DNA from: an uncultured Bacteroidales bacterium
Lineage (GTDB): Bacteria > Bacteroidota > Bacteroidia > Bacteroidales > UBA10428
Direction: 5' to 3'
Length of the DNA stretch: 64,000 nucleotides
NCBI GenBank assembly: GCA_963705125.1
Contig: CAVPIY010000011.1
Location: forward strand, 222,953 to 286,952
This document shows, in pieces, positions 53,721-62,015 of this stretch. Both the position numbers and the translations under genes were made by a program. The notes below the pieces were generated by a model, which worked only from the letters and a program-made list of their open reading frames with translations, did not search any database and was not told the origin of the DNA. Each line of letters starts with the position of its first letter. Position 1 is the stretch's first letter.

Positions 53721-55472
53721 TTAGCGTTTCTTTGCAAGCTCTTCCAGCCTTCTGGCCATCGCTTTACGGGTTATATAAAGTTCCTCCAGGTTCCTGGAAA
53801 ACGTACTCACATCGATGACCAGGTTGTCAATTTGTTTTTCAGCAAAATCACCATCACCCAGATTTTTCAGCATCCACAAATACTCATAATCCTCAATGCC
53901 ATCCCGCAGCAATTCCAACCGCATGGATGAAACAGGGCCATCCACATTGGGCTGTCCTGTGAACTGCTTTGTATAATCTCCCGGATAGATAACGGAACCT
54001 TCGCCATTGAGCACATAACCGCCGCTGCAATGAAATCCGGAAATGTATGTGACGGGATCCAGCCAGGGATTGGGTGTCTGATTCCAAAAATTCATAGCCC
54101 AGTACAAAATACCATTCATATGATAGCGGGCAGTGATCCAGGGAACCATAACCAGATCAAGCGCAGGTGCATCGATAAAATAATTGGGTTGCGGATAGGC
54201 CTGGTCACAGGATATATACCAGGTTGCTTCTCCCCCCTTTGCCTGTTCCTCAATGAGCGCTTTCTTAACTGCCGGCTCGTTCAGACTGTTCCCATGAACA
54301 CAAAAGTTATTTACATAACCACGCAGAGTTCCCCAATCCGGGTTATCACTCACCGGAGATTCCGTTGCCAGAAATGGAACTCCGGGTACTGCTTTATGCA
54401 CAAGTTCTGCCCATTTGCGGGTTTCTTCATAATCCTCCTTTGTATTGGGTTCATCAATCGGACTGTTGAATACCAGCCGGTCAATCCATCCGTTCTTTCT
54501 GAAATAGGATTCAACCGCTTTTAAGTAAACCGTGATTTTCTTGTTAAACTCATCAGAAAATGGTTCGGCAGTAATATGCCTGGTCAAATCATGCGGACCG
54601 GCCTCAAAGATCACCCGCTTGGTTTTTCGCTTGTTGAGATAAAAATCATATCGCTCATCATTGAACTTCACCTCGATATCTTCTCCTTTGACCGTGATTT
54701 CGGGCACAAGCGGATCATTAAACCAGGTCTCCATCCTGTGCTCATACAAAAAATCGAAATATTTACCCGTAAGCTGTTCTATTTCCGGAGAGGAAACCGG
54801 CTTATTGTAAAACCCGGCAAGTTCTCCCTTCGACACATTCATATAAGTGATCAGATGGGTGTCATCGGGAAGGGAGAATCCATATACCTCAACCTGAACG
54901 GTCAGGGTCTCCAGTGCCTTTCCATGCTGGGTAACCGTAACTTTACCGCTATAGGTACCCGCAGGCGTACCGGTGGGAATGGCCACATCAACCCACACCG
55001 GCCTGTTTCCGGTCACTTCATATTGTACGGCCATGCCAAAAGGTTCCCTGACCGGGGCAAGGGCATCGGGCCAGTACCCGGTCGCACCTACGGGGCTCGA
55101 AATGGCATATATCAATACATAATGTTCCAGGTACAGGTTTATCTGTTTCTGCTCAATCTTTTTGCCCTGGGCAGATGTCAGTTCAGTTGCCGTAATAAAG
55201 AATCCGTCGGGAGCTTTCGGCCTCCAGCCAGGAGGGACAGGCGTGGTGATTACAACCTGGAATGCCACATGTTCATTTGCTGCTCCGGCAACTGAGACCT
55301 TTTTATCAGGTTCAGACCAGACCAGATTGCTTTTTTCCACCCTGGCATCTGGACGGACCTTTTGTTCGGCAGGTACTGCCCAAATTTTCACATCACCAGT
55401 TGACACTCCCTGGGCATGCCCGTACATTGCAATAAGGCATAAGCATGTTAAGACTGCTGCATGTTTTTTCAT
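53721..55472 (-). CDS. DUF4091 domain protein (GH123-like)
   Basis: 583-aa ORF with a signal peptide. 'VEVYGFSLPDDTH', 'VPWITARYHMNGILYWAMNFW' and 'GIEDYEYLWML' follow the DUF4091 pattern. It is paralogous to 62016-63857. Confidence 0.55.
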   Translation of the reverse strand: MKKHAAVLTCLCLIAMYGHAQGVSTGDVKIWAVPAEQKVRPDARVEKSNLVWSEPDKKVSVAGAANEHVAFQVVITTPVPPGWRPKAPDGFFITATELTSAQGKKIEQKQINLYLEHYVLIYAISSPVGATGYWPDALAPVREPFGMAVQYEVTGNRPVWVDVAIPTGTPAGTYSGKVTVTQHGKALETLTVQVEVYGFSLPDDTHLITYMNVSKGELAGFYNKPVSSPEIEQLTGKYFDFLYEHRMETWFNDPLVPEITVKGEDIEVKFNDERYDFYLNKRKTKRVIFEAGPHDLTRHITAEPFSDEFNKKITVYLKAVESYFRKNGWIDRLVFNSPIDEPNTKEDYEETRKWAELVHKAVPGVPFLATESPVSDNPDWGTLRGYVNNFCVHGNSLNEPAVKKALIEEQAKGGEATWYISCDQAYPQPNYFIDAPALDLVMVPWITARYHMNGILYWAMNFWNQTPNPWLDPVTYISGFHCSGGYVLNGEGSVIYPGDYTKQFTGQPNVDGPVSSMRLELLRDGIEDYEYLWMLKNLGDGDFAEKQIDNLVIDVSTFSRNLEELYITRKAMARRLEELAKKR

Positions 55473-55544
55473 GTTTAAAAGGGATTAAGGATAGTTTATA
55501 ATGTAATAATCTTTGTATCAACTCAAAAAGGTCCTTAATGAAAC

Positions 55545-55622
55545 ACGTCATTGCGAACGAAGTGAAGCAATCTGCTTTATTACAGGAGATTGCTTCATTC
55601 GCTTCGCTCTTTCGCAATGACG
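55545..55622. repeat. single palindromic element of the 'CATTGCGA..GAAGCAATC' family
   Basis: 'ACGTCATTGCGAACGAAGTGAAGCAATCTGC...GAGATTGCTTCATTCGCTTCGCTCTTTCGCAATGACG'. Confidence 0.8.
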
Positions 55623-55684
55623 CTTGGACTTTTCGGGGTTGCCTTAATATTATGTGATTCATGATATGTTTTTTATCTCTTAAA

Positions 55685-57661
55685 TCAAGGCATCCCGGCG
55701 ATGTGAAGGGTATGTTTCCCCAATCCTGACGGGATTTCAAGTATCTGTCCTGCAGTCAATGGTTGTTTTAATTTCTTTCCATCTATAAACAACCATGACG
55801 TAGTGCCTACAGTATTCCTGAAATCATCCGATGTTTCAAACGTCCAGTGAGAAGCTTTGTGCTCAAAATATTTACAATAGTGATCATCATAAGAAAATTC
55901 CAGTCCTGGTTTGCTTCCTTTTATGTTAGAAATTTGGGTATGAAGATAGGCACAGCATTCATTAAAACCCATCCATTTCTGATGTTTATGGGTATAAATC
56001 CAGTTCAGGCTATCATGCAGGTTAACTCTCCGGCCGCCGGCAATCTTTGAATCAACAAGCTGTTGTGTGGTCATTTCGGCCAGTTTGTCCCATCCGGCTT
56101 CATTCTGGTCAGCCGGAGAACCAGTCTGCGCGGTAAGATCCAGATCATGACAGGTAAATTGTTCAGGCATCATCATGCTGAATTCAATGGTGTGGTCAAT
56201 GCCGACATAGCATTCCCGGCTTATTCCCAGGCCGGCAATGGCGGCAACCCTTCCATTATCGTCTCCGCCATGGGTACCCTCCCGCAATTCAGCAACCGGC
56301 CGTACCTCGGCTGCCAAAGGTACTACGCCGAAGGATTTTTTTATGGCATCAATACCGGACCTGTATATGAATAACAAATCATTGGAGGGTACGGGTGAAG
56401 CCCCCCGACGAACATCGACAACTTCATTGTACCATTCGGTCACATCCATCTCCTCATCCACCGCACTGCTCCACCATGGTCCGGGAGGTGAATCCAGGTC
56501 CCAGTTCATGTGTGACCAGGCCCGGTGTGCCTGTATTTCGAATACACCTCGTCGAAGGCCCTCGTCAAGACCTTCCTTGGTTGATCCATAGTCCTGCCAG
56601 TTACCGAAAATATCCCTGAATGGTTCAACTGACCAGGGGGTTTCAATCATGCTTGTCAGGGGATTTGCATAACCTGGTGTGATATTCTGGACCATGATCA
56701 GGCCATGCTTTTCCAGTGGTTCAATCAGGTATTTGACAAGAGTATCCCTGGCTGGTGTGGGATAATGCCACCTCAGGCTGTAGGCATGTTCACTGCAGCC
56801 GATATCATCCATAATAAATATATAGCCATTTTCAAAATTATCATTAAATACCCCGTACCCGATTGTATACACTAGTGACCTCCTGAAAATTGTCCGCAAC
56901 GCGGGATATTTGCGGAACGAATCCTTCCCGCCTCCTATCCACACAATTTTTGTATCATGACTGAAATCCCGCGCAATCAACTGAGGTAAGTTGCCAACAG
57001 TTCCCAGCACGGAAGCCGAGTCCCCGGGAATGCAGCGGATCTTAACCGTCATGTCAGCCGGCAAACTATCAGCCATTTCGGCCGTAATATAATGCTTGCC
57101 CGTCAGAATAAGGTTGTTCCTTGTTTCCAAATCTTTATTTTCAGGGATATCCTGGTATTCAATATCAATCAGGTCGGCAAGCGGTTTCGTCCTGATATAA
57201 TCAAATAAGGCAATCATGCTAATTCCGTACTTTTCAACGGCCATTTTTAGTGTTTTATAGTTGGCAGAATATCCGTTCAGTTTGTCCGGATCTGCCATCC
57301 ATATCATACAGCCATAGTTCGGTTTTGCCTCACCGTCGAGGAAACGGTTGATCTGCAGACGCTGTTCATCCAGCCGGAGTATGTCAAACGGGATCCCCCA
57401 AATTTTCAGCATGGAAATCACATCAATAAAGTCTTCTCCATCGACCCTTCTGGAATCGATGTGATAACTCAACGGATCCTTCCACTGATCGCCAATGATA
57501 ACCAGAACCCGGAACGGCTTGACCAGTGTACTTTGTTCACCGCTGGTTGTTTGGTTTTTACCTTCCGGCACATGATCGGTTCTGCGGCAGGCGGCAAATG
57601 ATACGAAGGCTACCAGAAGGTAAGCAAGCATGACACGCGGATGGTAAATACAGCTGTTCAT
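55685..57661 (-). CDS. hypothetical lipoprotein, translationally coupled to the upstream acetyltransferase gene
   Basis: The ATG at 57661 forms an ATGA overlap with the stop of 57658-58770. It gives 'MNSCIYHPRVMLAYLLVAFVSFAAC' (signal plus lipobox). The ORF-track start (57874) lies inside the upstream gene. No family recognised. Confidence 0.5.
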   Translation of the reverse strand: MNSCIYHPRVMLAYLLVAFVSFAACRRTDHVPEGKNQTTSGEQSTLVKPFRVLVIIGDQWKDPLSYHIDSRRVDGEDFIDVISMLKIWGIPFDILRLDEQRLQINRFLDGEAKPNYGCMIWMADPDKLNGYSANYKTLKMAVEKYGISMIALFDYIRTKPLADLIDIEYQDIPENKDLETRNNLILTGKHYITAEMADSLPADMTVKIRCIPGDSASVLGTVGNLPQLIARDFSHDTKIVWIGGGKDSFRKYPALRTIFRRSLVYTIGYGVFNDNFENGYIFIMDDIGCSEHAYSLRWHYPTPARDTLVKYLIEPLEKHGLIMVQNITPGYANPLTSMIETPWSVEPFRDIFGNWQDYGSTKEGLDEGLRRGVFEIQAHRAWSHMNWDLDSPPGPWWSSAVDEEMDVTEWYNEVVDVRRGASPVPSNDLLFIYRSGIDAIKKSFGVVPLAAEVRPVAELREGTHGGDDNGRVAAIAGLGISRECYVGIDHTIEFSMMMPEQFTCHDLDLTAQTGSPADQNEAGWDKLAEMTTQQLVDSKIAGGRRVNLHDSLNWIYTHKHQKWMGFNECCAYLHTQISNIKGSKPGLEFSYDDHYCKYFEHKASHWTFETSDDFRNTVGTTSWLFIDGKKLKQPLTAGQILEIPSGLGKHTLHIAGMP

Positions 57662-58770
57662 ATCCTGATGAATATTTTTTTCCGGTACATCCAGTATAAT
57701 ATAAGCCAGATAACAGCAAATGCAGCAATGGCCTGAACAGCTGCGTTCCATAGCCCGAGCCATTTTCCAAGTCCGCCGACAAAAACATTTCCGATGAGTG
57801 TAAAGTCGAACAGGTTTGCAGCAACATAAACCGCAATTGCATTCATGCCAATTACCACAAATCCAAAGGCCCATTTCCGGTATCCCAAAACATCAATAAT
57901 CAGGTAGAAAATAACCAGGAGCAGGGTACTCAGTCCTCCGGCATAAAGCACCAGTGAGCTTGTCCACAGATGATGGATAATCGGGAACCAGATCCCCCAT
58001 ATTTTACCGGATATCAAGCACCCAACACCCAGCAAAGCCAGCCATTTTGCTTTGATAAAGGCTGGTTGGTCTGACATGATTATGCGTCCGGCAAAAACGC
58101 CAATCATGACAGATCCTACAAATGTCATATTTGAAAGGATGTATGTCCACCCCATTCCTTCCTGGAATTTACCCAGCAACAGATCATCTATATAAATTGC
58201 CAGGTTTACGTCATATTCATAAATACCGGCGCCATGCCCGGGAACAGGAACAAGCGCCATAACTCCCCAATACAGGAATAATAGTACCGTTGGAATAGTG
58301 ATTTGCCATACAAGGCCGACTTCAAGGATCAGAATTGAACTCACCAGATAACCAAACGCAATGCAATGCAGTGTGTTTGTATACAGGTGGAGTTTATCCA
58401 AATCGAATTCCAGTATATGACCCGATGTGACAAGACCCAGCACATAGAGTAAAAGAACCCTTTTTATAATATGTGAATAGAGTTGTTTCTTACTCTCCCC
58501 GTGTGCCAGGCGCTTTTTGAATGAAAAAGGCATCACCACACCAACAATGAAAAGAAAAAGCGGCATGATCAGATCGTAAAAATGAAACTGCCCCCAGGTG
58601 TGATCGAAATGTACCGGGACATTCTTTAACAGGCCAATACCTGAAGCTTTAGCCAGGGAAACAAAGATTTCGCTGCCTCCGATTATCCAGAACATATCGA
58701 ATCCCCGCAGGGCATCCACACACATGAGACGTTTACCTGTTTCCACCGCCTGATCACCTGCCTGTTTCAT
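57658..58770 (-). CDS. DUF5009/DUF1624 membrane protein (heparan-alpha-glucosaminide N-acetyltransferase / NagX-like)
   Basis: 370-aa ORF. N-terminal 'RLMCVDALRGFDMFWIIGG' followed by roughly ten hydrophobic segments. No signal peptide. Confidence 0.6.
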   Translation of the reverse strand: MKQAGDQAVETGKRLMCVDALRGFDMFWIIGGSEIFVSLAKASGIGLLKNVPVHFDHTWGQFHFYDLIMPLFLFIVGVVMPFSFKKRLAHGESKKQLYSHIIKRVLLLYVLGLVTSGHILEFDLDKLHLYTNTLHCIAFGYLVSSILILEVGLVWQITIPTVLLFLYWGVMALVPVPGHGAGIYEYDVNLAIYIDDLLLGKFQEGMGWTYILSNMTFVGSVMIGVFAGRIIMSDQPAFIKAKWLALLGVGCLISGKIWGIWFPIIHHLWTSSLVLYAGGLSTLLLVIFYLIIDVLGYRKWAFGFVVIGMNAIAVYVAANLFDFTLIGNVFVGGLGKWLGLWNAAVQAIAAFAVIWLILYWMYRKKIFIRI

Positions 58771-58848
58771 GTGTGTCTTCCTTTAATAATATCCTGATTT
58801 CTCCTATTCAATTTTCATTATTAATTGTTCATTACTAATTGCTCATTA

Positions 58849-60228
58849 TTAATTTTTCACTTTCACACTCCCTGCCTCATACCATCCGTCACTCGTTCTC
58901 CCCTTATTCGCAATCGGAATCGTATGTTCCATGGAAGTATGAAAAACCAGGCCCATTTCAAGTGTATACTTACCCGCCTTTAAATCAGCCGGAAGCGTGT
59001 AGTTAACGGTTACATTTGTTTCTCCGGGAAGCCATCCGAGGATTGACTGGTCAGTCATCACCACTGCCTGGTTCACATTCTGATCGTCTTTGAGCCTGAA
59101 GGCGATCCGATGATCCCGGTATGGCGGGGCAATGCCCAGGTTCTCCCATTTCATATTAATGGCCAGTGCTGAACCGGCTGACACGACATCGTCAAATTCC
59201 AGGTCTCTCAGGACCAGCCTGAATCCAAGCTTCATGACAAGACGCTCAATTTCAGGCATCCAGTTTGCCGGTATGGCATGCGATTTATTCTGAACAAATG
59301 TGGCATGCCAGGAAATAGCATCATCCACCACCACTTTCGGAGGTGTAGGATAGCCGCCAAAGGTTCCGCAGGGCTCCAGAGCTACTGTGCCGGTCTTCCA
59401 GCCATCAGGCATCAGGTTTACCATAGGCCAGTAAGAATTTTCATGATGATTCCATTCAACACCAGGCCCGGGACCGTTACCCCAGCAATCTCCTCTCCAT
59501 GCGGAACGACCTTTTGAATTAGCATAAAGAACATTGATTTTGTCATCCACCAGCCCCGTCAGGGGTGTGTTCGGAAAGACTTCATAATAAAGGTCCGTAA
59601 TTTCAGTACGAATTGCCCGGCTGGGCATTAAGGTTGAATCACAATATATGTGACCTTCGCCCCACAAGCCTATTGATCCGATATCCACCAGTGCAAGGTC
59701 GGGATGGCCATCATATCGCTTGCCCAGCGCACGGATCAAACGTTCGTGATAATCCTTGAAAACCGGATCGGACATATCAGGAGCATAATGAGCGCCTTCC
59801 TCAGGACATGGCGTATAGGTTCTGCGAATTCCTTTATTAATAAGCCATTGAGGCAGTCCTTCTCCCCAGGGGTCCTCGCACATAACGCGGATGGCCAGTG
59901 CCTGTTTGTTTCGCCTGCAGCGCTGCAGAAGACTGTCGATCATATCAAAGGCATATTCACCCTCCTGTGGTTCAAGGGTTACCCAGTACCAGCGGTAATA
60001 GGCACAACCTGATTTAAAGCGAAGTCCGAAAACAGAATTATCCTCATCAGCCGTCTCACCAAAAGTCTGCCATCCCACCCCCGGTATCTGGAGGAAGCCT
60101 GTTTCCTCCTGAAGTATTAACCTGTCCTGATTTTCAGTATCCTTGCAGGAATACGTTAAACACATGACAAGACCAGCCAGGATCAATGGCCGGAGTAATT
60201 GCAGTTTGACTGGGAAATGGCTTTTCAT
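58849..60228 (-). CDS. DUF4874/DUF4832-like secreted glycosidase-like protein
   Basis: 459-aa ORF with lipobox 'LTYSC'. 'YYRWYWVTLEPQEGEYAFDMIDSLL' and 'VDIGSIGLWGEGH' resemble the DUF4874/DUF4832 TIM-barrel family. Called from memory. Confidence 0.45.
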   Translation of the reverse strand: MKSHFPVKLQLLRPLILAGLVMCLTYSCKDTENQDRLILQEETGFLQIPGVGWQTFGETADEDNSVFGLRFKSGCAYYRWYWVTLEPQEGEYAFDMIDSLLQRCRRNKQALAIRVMCEDPWGEGLPQWLINKGIRRTYTPCPEEGAHYAPDMSDPVFKDYHERLIRALGKRYDGHPDLALVDIGSIGLWGEGHIYCDSTLMPSRAIRTEITDLYYEVFPNTPLTGLVDDKINVLYANSKGRSAWRGDCWGNGPGPGVEWNHHENSYWPMVNLMPDGWKTGTVALEPCGTFGGYPTPPKVVVDDAISWHATFVQNKSHAIPANWMPEIERLVMKLGFRLVLRDLEFDDVVSAGSALAINMKWENLGIAPPYRDHRIAFRLKDDQNVNQAVVMTDQSILGWLPGETNVTVNYTLPADLKAGKYTLEMGLVFHTSMEHTIPIANKGRTSDGWYEAGSVKVKN

Positions 60229-60274
60229 GGTCTATATTGTTTTATGGTTGACAGAAAATCTGGTTCATCTCAAC

Positions 60275-60351
60275 AACCTCATCCCCTAGCCCCTTCTCCT
60301 AAAGGAGAAGGGGAAACTCCCTCTCCTTTAGGAGAGGGTTGGGGTGAGGTG
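60275..60351. repeat. gene-less back-to-back inverted pair of the hairpin repeat (MITE-like)
   Basis: 'AACCTCATCCCCTAGCCCCTTCTCCTAAAGGAGAAGGGGAAACTCCCTCTCCTTTAGGAGAGGGTTGGGGTGAGGTG'. It matches the reverse complement of 34273-34348 almost base for base. Confidence 0.85.
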
Positions 60352-60555
60352 TTAATGAATACTCGAATCAGAATCTTAATTATGCTTTTTATTTTACTTC
60401 CTTTTCACTAATCTTTTAAATGCTTTTAAAGTACTAAATATACTAATTAATTCGAATGAATAATGAGCCTCATTGCCGGACAAATCACTTTATTTCCTAA
60501 ATTTCAACATCATTTTATGGCATTAGTCTACAGACCAAATTTAATAATCGAATAA

Positions 60556-61815
60556 ATGGCTCATTCATTGGATATCACTGTGGTTGGCGGAGGGATGATC
60601 ACCTATGACCTGATACTGCCTTCACTTTATCATTTGCAAAGGACCGGTATAGTAAACAAAATCAGTGTCTGTTCGCTGAATTCAACGCCCCTCAAACTTC
60701 TCAGTAATAGTAAAGAAATTGCAGAAGCTTTTCCCGGGCAGGGCTTCCAGGCCTACCCCTCTCTTTCGGTACATGAAAATGAAAAATATCCGGATTTATA
60801 TAAAGAAGTGATAGCCAGAATGAAGCCAAGGCAGGTCGTTGTGGTTGCCATGCCTGATCAGCTGCATTATCCGGTTATCATGGAAGCGCTGAAACATAAC
60901 CAACATATCCTGTGCGTCAAACCCCTCGTTCTGAAATATGAACAAACGGTGGAGATTGAAAAAACTGCGCTGGAACGGGGTTTGTTTATCGGTGTTGAAT
61001 ATCACAAACGATTTGACCGCAGGGCGCTTATTGCTAAACGTAGTTATGCCCTTGGACACTTTGGGGATTTTGTAATCGGTGAGGCCAAGTTAATTGAACC
61101 CTATTTTTACCGGTCATCCAATTTCCAGAACTGGTTTACCTGTGAAAATACGGATCCCTTTGTATACATCGGTTGCCATTATGTTGATCTGGTATATTTC
61201 ATTACGGGACTGAAGCCCGTTGAAATATCAGTTTCGGGCGTCAAAGGAAAGTTCCCGAACGGCAATGAAGGATATATGTGGACAAACGGCAGGGTCCGTT
61301 TTGAAAATAGTGCCCTGCTTTCCGTGACTAACGGACTGGGTTATCCCGACCAGGCTGCCGGGAGTAATGAGCAGAACCTGCAGATGTTCTTTGAAGGGAA
61401 TAACCGAACGGGCATGCTAAAGCATGATGATCAGTTCAGAGGCGTGGAACATTCCTATCTGGAAGGCATCGGCTGTGGTGGCTCGTTTTTTAATTATGTA
61501 AGTCCCGATTTCTATCGGGTGGTGCCCTGGGAAGGCCCCGGCTTTAAACCCATCGGTTACGGATTTGAATCCGTTGCTGCCATTGTGGGTATGGCACATC
61601 GTATTGAAAATGAAACGGCTGACGTGTCCCCAGCTGAATCCCTGGGCAAAAGAAGAGAAATGATCAAAGAAGTAGATGAAAAAGGCATCATTGCCACACC
61701 TGCCAACAGTTATATTAATGAACTGGTGGTAGAGGCCGCACGGCTTTCCATACTGAATAACGGAGAGACAGCCTTCATCAAATACGAACCACATCCACAC
61801 GTAAACCTTCGCTAA
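60556..61815 (+). CDS. Gfo/Idh/MocA-like oxidoreductase (cytoplasmic)
   Basis: 419-aa ORF. 'ITVVGGGMITYD' Rossmann start and 'MPDQLHYPVIMEALKHNQHILCVKPL' (an E-K-P-type motif variant). Confidence 0.6.
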   Translation: MAHSLDITVVGGGMITYDLILPSLYHLQRTGIVNKISVCSLNSTPLKLLSNSKEIAEAFPGQGFQAYPSLSVHENEKYPDLYKEVIARMKPRQVVVVAMPDQLHYPVIMEALKHNQHILCVKPLVLKYEQTVEIEKTALERGLFIGVEYHKRFDRRALIAKRSYALGHFGDFVIGEAKLIEPYFYRSSNFQNWFTCENTDPFVYIGCHYVDLVYFITGLKPVEISVSGVKGKFPNGNEGYMWTNGRVRFENSALLSVTNGLGYPDQAAGSNEQNLQMFFEGNNRTGMLKHDDQFRGVEHSYLEGIGCGGSFFNYVSPDFYRVVPWEGPGFKPIGYGFESVAAIVGMAHRIENETADVSPAESLGKRREMIKEVDEKGIIATPANSYINELVVEAARLSILNNGETAFIKYEPHPHVNLR

Positions 61816-61821
61816 GCAGAA

Positions 61822-61973
61822 CCGTCATTGCGAGTCCCGTTCACGGGACGAAGCAATCTGCCAACCAGAATTAGATTGCTTCGTCGACCTTAACATTCTG
61901 CAAGCAGAAGGAATTATCACGTCTCCTCGCAATGACGCGTTACACGGTCGCTTCACTCCCTTGCAATGACGTC
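61822..61973. repeat. palindromic element of the 'CATTGCGAG..GAAGCAATC' family plus an extra half-arm
   Basis: 61822-61937 is about 85% identical by eye to 10548-10665. An extra 'CGCTTCACTCCCTTGCAATGACGTC' lies at 61949-61973. Confidence 0.8.
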
Positions 61974-62015
61974 AGGGTCCTTCAGAATCTTCCTTCAGCA
62001 TCAGAATTACCCTTC

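Noticed and set aside
54576-55295. Long antisense ORFs inside well-supported genes: 54576-55295 (239 aa), 11294-11974 (226 aa), 49384-50046 (220 aa), 3875-4456 (193 aa) and 5083-5430.
   Set aside because: These are shadow ORFs opposite genes with clear family motifs. Their composition is Arg/Ser/Cys-biased, as is typical of antisense frames, and no motifs were recognised.
57662-57874. Cys-rich N-terminal extension ('MGLWICGNWHECNCGLCCCKPV...') of the 55685-57874 ORF
   Set aside because: The extension lies entirely inside the 3' part of the acetyltransferase gene in another frame. An ATG with an ATGA overlap at 57661, followed by a canonical lipoprotein signal, is the better start.
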